Below are positions 63,057-64,000 of a DNA stretch of 64,000 nucleotides, piece by piece. This stretch comes from Puia sp. (lineage in GTDB: Bacteria > Bacteroidota > Bacteroidia > Chitinophagales > Chitinophagaceae). A program made the translations under genes and the position numbers. The notes beneath the pieces were generated by a model that searched no databases, had not been told where the DNA came from, and saw only the letters and a list, made by a program, of their open reading frames with translations. The DNA lies in the NCBI GenBank assembly GCA_035501475.1, contig DATJWE010000230.1:595-64594 (forward strand). Direction: 5' to 3'. Position 1 is the stretch's first letter; each line of letters starts with the position of its first letter.

Positions 63057-63815
63057 TTAATGCAATTTTTTCCAGGTTTCTGAAAGACCATTGTCCCAAC
63101 CGCTCTGTGAAAATTTGTTTTCTGAGAGCATGGCTATTTTGAATTCAGAAACGGGATGATCGGGAGTGCCCCATGACCAATACTCGATTTTTTCCGTTAG
63201 TGTTTTCCCATCATATTGATAAGTACCTCCGCCGGCTCCGATAAATCTTTTCTTTGTCATATCAAAATACGCAAAAGCAAACCGTGGATAAGCAAAAATT
63301 TTTCGGACCATTACATTTTTGTATTCGCCCTCTCCCAGTTTCTCCTTTCCCCATTGCCCGGCCTCCATGACCCATGCTCCTTCCAGGGAATTATTTTTCA
63401 AAGGCTCGCTGCTGCTTATTCTCTGATACTCTTCCTCGATAGAATAATCTTTATACTTTGCTGAGTTAATTTTCCCTTCCTGCGTGTATTTATCCTTTTC
63501 CAGTTTATAGTTGAATGTAATGACAGAACCGGCAGCAGTACTGTCCCAGGACCAAAAATGAACGGTCTCGATATATTTGCCCTTGGATATGCGGTAAGTG
63601 CCTCCACCACAACCGTCGAACCACCAGGGCGAACCGGAAAAAAAAGCCCCAATCCAATATCCGTCTTTAAATATTTTGATGACAGTTATGGAATCGGTAT
63701 TCATGCTTTCATTTGCATATTTAGCTTTTTCGACTTTGAACGCGCCGTCCAAATTTTGTTGCCCTATGGAGGTTGCAGAAGCGAACCACAGTAGAGGGAA
63801 AATAATTTTTTTCAT
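63057..63815 (-). CDS. Exported hypothetical protein with two tandem lipocalin-like repeats
   Basis: A signal peptide, then a duplicated block: KIFKDGYWIGAFF...GCGGGTYRISKGKYIETVHFWSWDS recurs as KIFAYPRFAFAYF...GAGGGTYQYDGKTLTEKIEYWSWGT. Confidence 0.65.
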   Translation of the reverse strand: MKKIIFPLLWFASATSIGQQNLDGAFKVEKAKYANESMNTDSITVIKIFKDGYWIGAFFSGSPWWFDGCGGGTYRISKGKYIETVHFWSWDSTAAGSVITFNYKLEKDKYTQEGKINSAKYKDYSIEEEYQRISSSEPLKNNSLEGAWVMEAGQWGKEKLGEGEYKNVMVRKIFAYPRFAFAYFDMTKKRFIGAGGGTYQYDGKTLTEKIEYWSWGTPDHPVSEFKIAMLSENKFSQSGWDNGLSETWKKLH

Positions 63816-63901
63816 TGCATTTACTTTTGCAGTAAAAGTAAAATGCTACAAATAAAAACTATTGTAAAGACGCGACAACCCGATTGTAAAAATGCGACAA
63901 T

Positions 63902-64000
63902 TCAGCGATGCTTTTCCTGAACCGGTTTGTTTACAATATTTGCCAGTTCCGTATTTTCCTCGAGGTATTGTTTAGGTGTGCGGCCCGTGAATTCCAAAAA
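63902..64000 (-). CDS. AraC-family regulator, C-terminal fragment; the 5' end lies outside the window
   Basis: My own translation gives FLEFTGRTPKQYLEENTELANIVNKPVQEKHR*. The F-x-G-x-TP-x-x-Y tail is typical of AraC HTH domains. Confidence 0.5.
   Translation of the reverse strand, partial: FLEFTGRTPKQYLEENTELANIVNKPVQEKHR

Overview
This is a 64-kb chromosomal segment that looks like Bacteroidota (Chitinophagia/Sphingobacteriia-like). The indicators are TAnnTTTG-type -7 promoter boxes, no Shine-Dalgarno sequences, a DUF3078 protein, small PorT-like outer-membrane (OM) barrels, and periplasmic propeller/Y_Y_Y sensor kinases. About two thirds of the window is ordinary housekeeping DNA: a LytS/LytTR two-component pair, dxs, two pirins, scpA, mscL, frr, a WecA-like transferase, a transketolase N-subunit, a lolE-like gene, rbfA, an MsbA-like ABC exporter, DPP-IV, a DksA-like gene, ileS, gyrB, a DUF1800/DUF1501 pair, serS, ybjQ and a GNAT gene. 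The housekeeping part also holds a complete nine-gene protoheme pathway in one locus (hemJ-hemH divergent from hemA-C-D-E-F-B-L), followed by a cytochrome-c-prime-like lipoprotein. The unusual part is 4.5-25.3 kb. It contains two diverged paralogous cassettes. Each encodes its own propeller/Y_Y_Y HisKA_3 sensor kinase and NarL-type regulator, an exported TPR/coiled-coil protein with a Cys-bracketed beta-rich C-terminal domain, a lipoprotein, and a small OM beta-barrel. Cassette-specific exported cargo differs: two unknowns in cassette A, an NHL propeller and a 188-aa unknown in cassette B. The lipoprotein N-terminal domain matches, by my reading, the ZU5 fold pattern and ends in a conserved HFTD motif, which is a candidate cis-autoproteolytic site. 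I recognise no characterised system with this composition. Other items worth a second look are a shared 17-nt promoter-like motif before cassette genes, a 22-bp-stem inverted repeat between kinase A and its regulator, a 21-bp x3 tandem repeat over the serS promoter, a 13-bp perfect inverted repeat bracketing the DUF1800-DUF1501 junction, a DksA homologue with a histone-H1-like tail, and about 550 bp of unexplained non-coding DNA upstream of ileS. I saw no rRNA, tRNA, CRISPR array, transposase or integrase. All calls come from reading the translations and sequence by eye; no database search was run.
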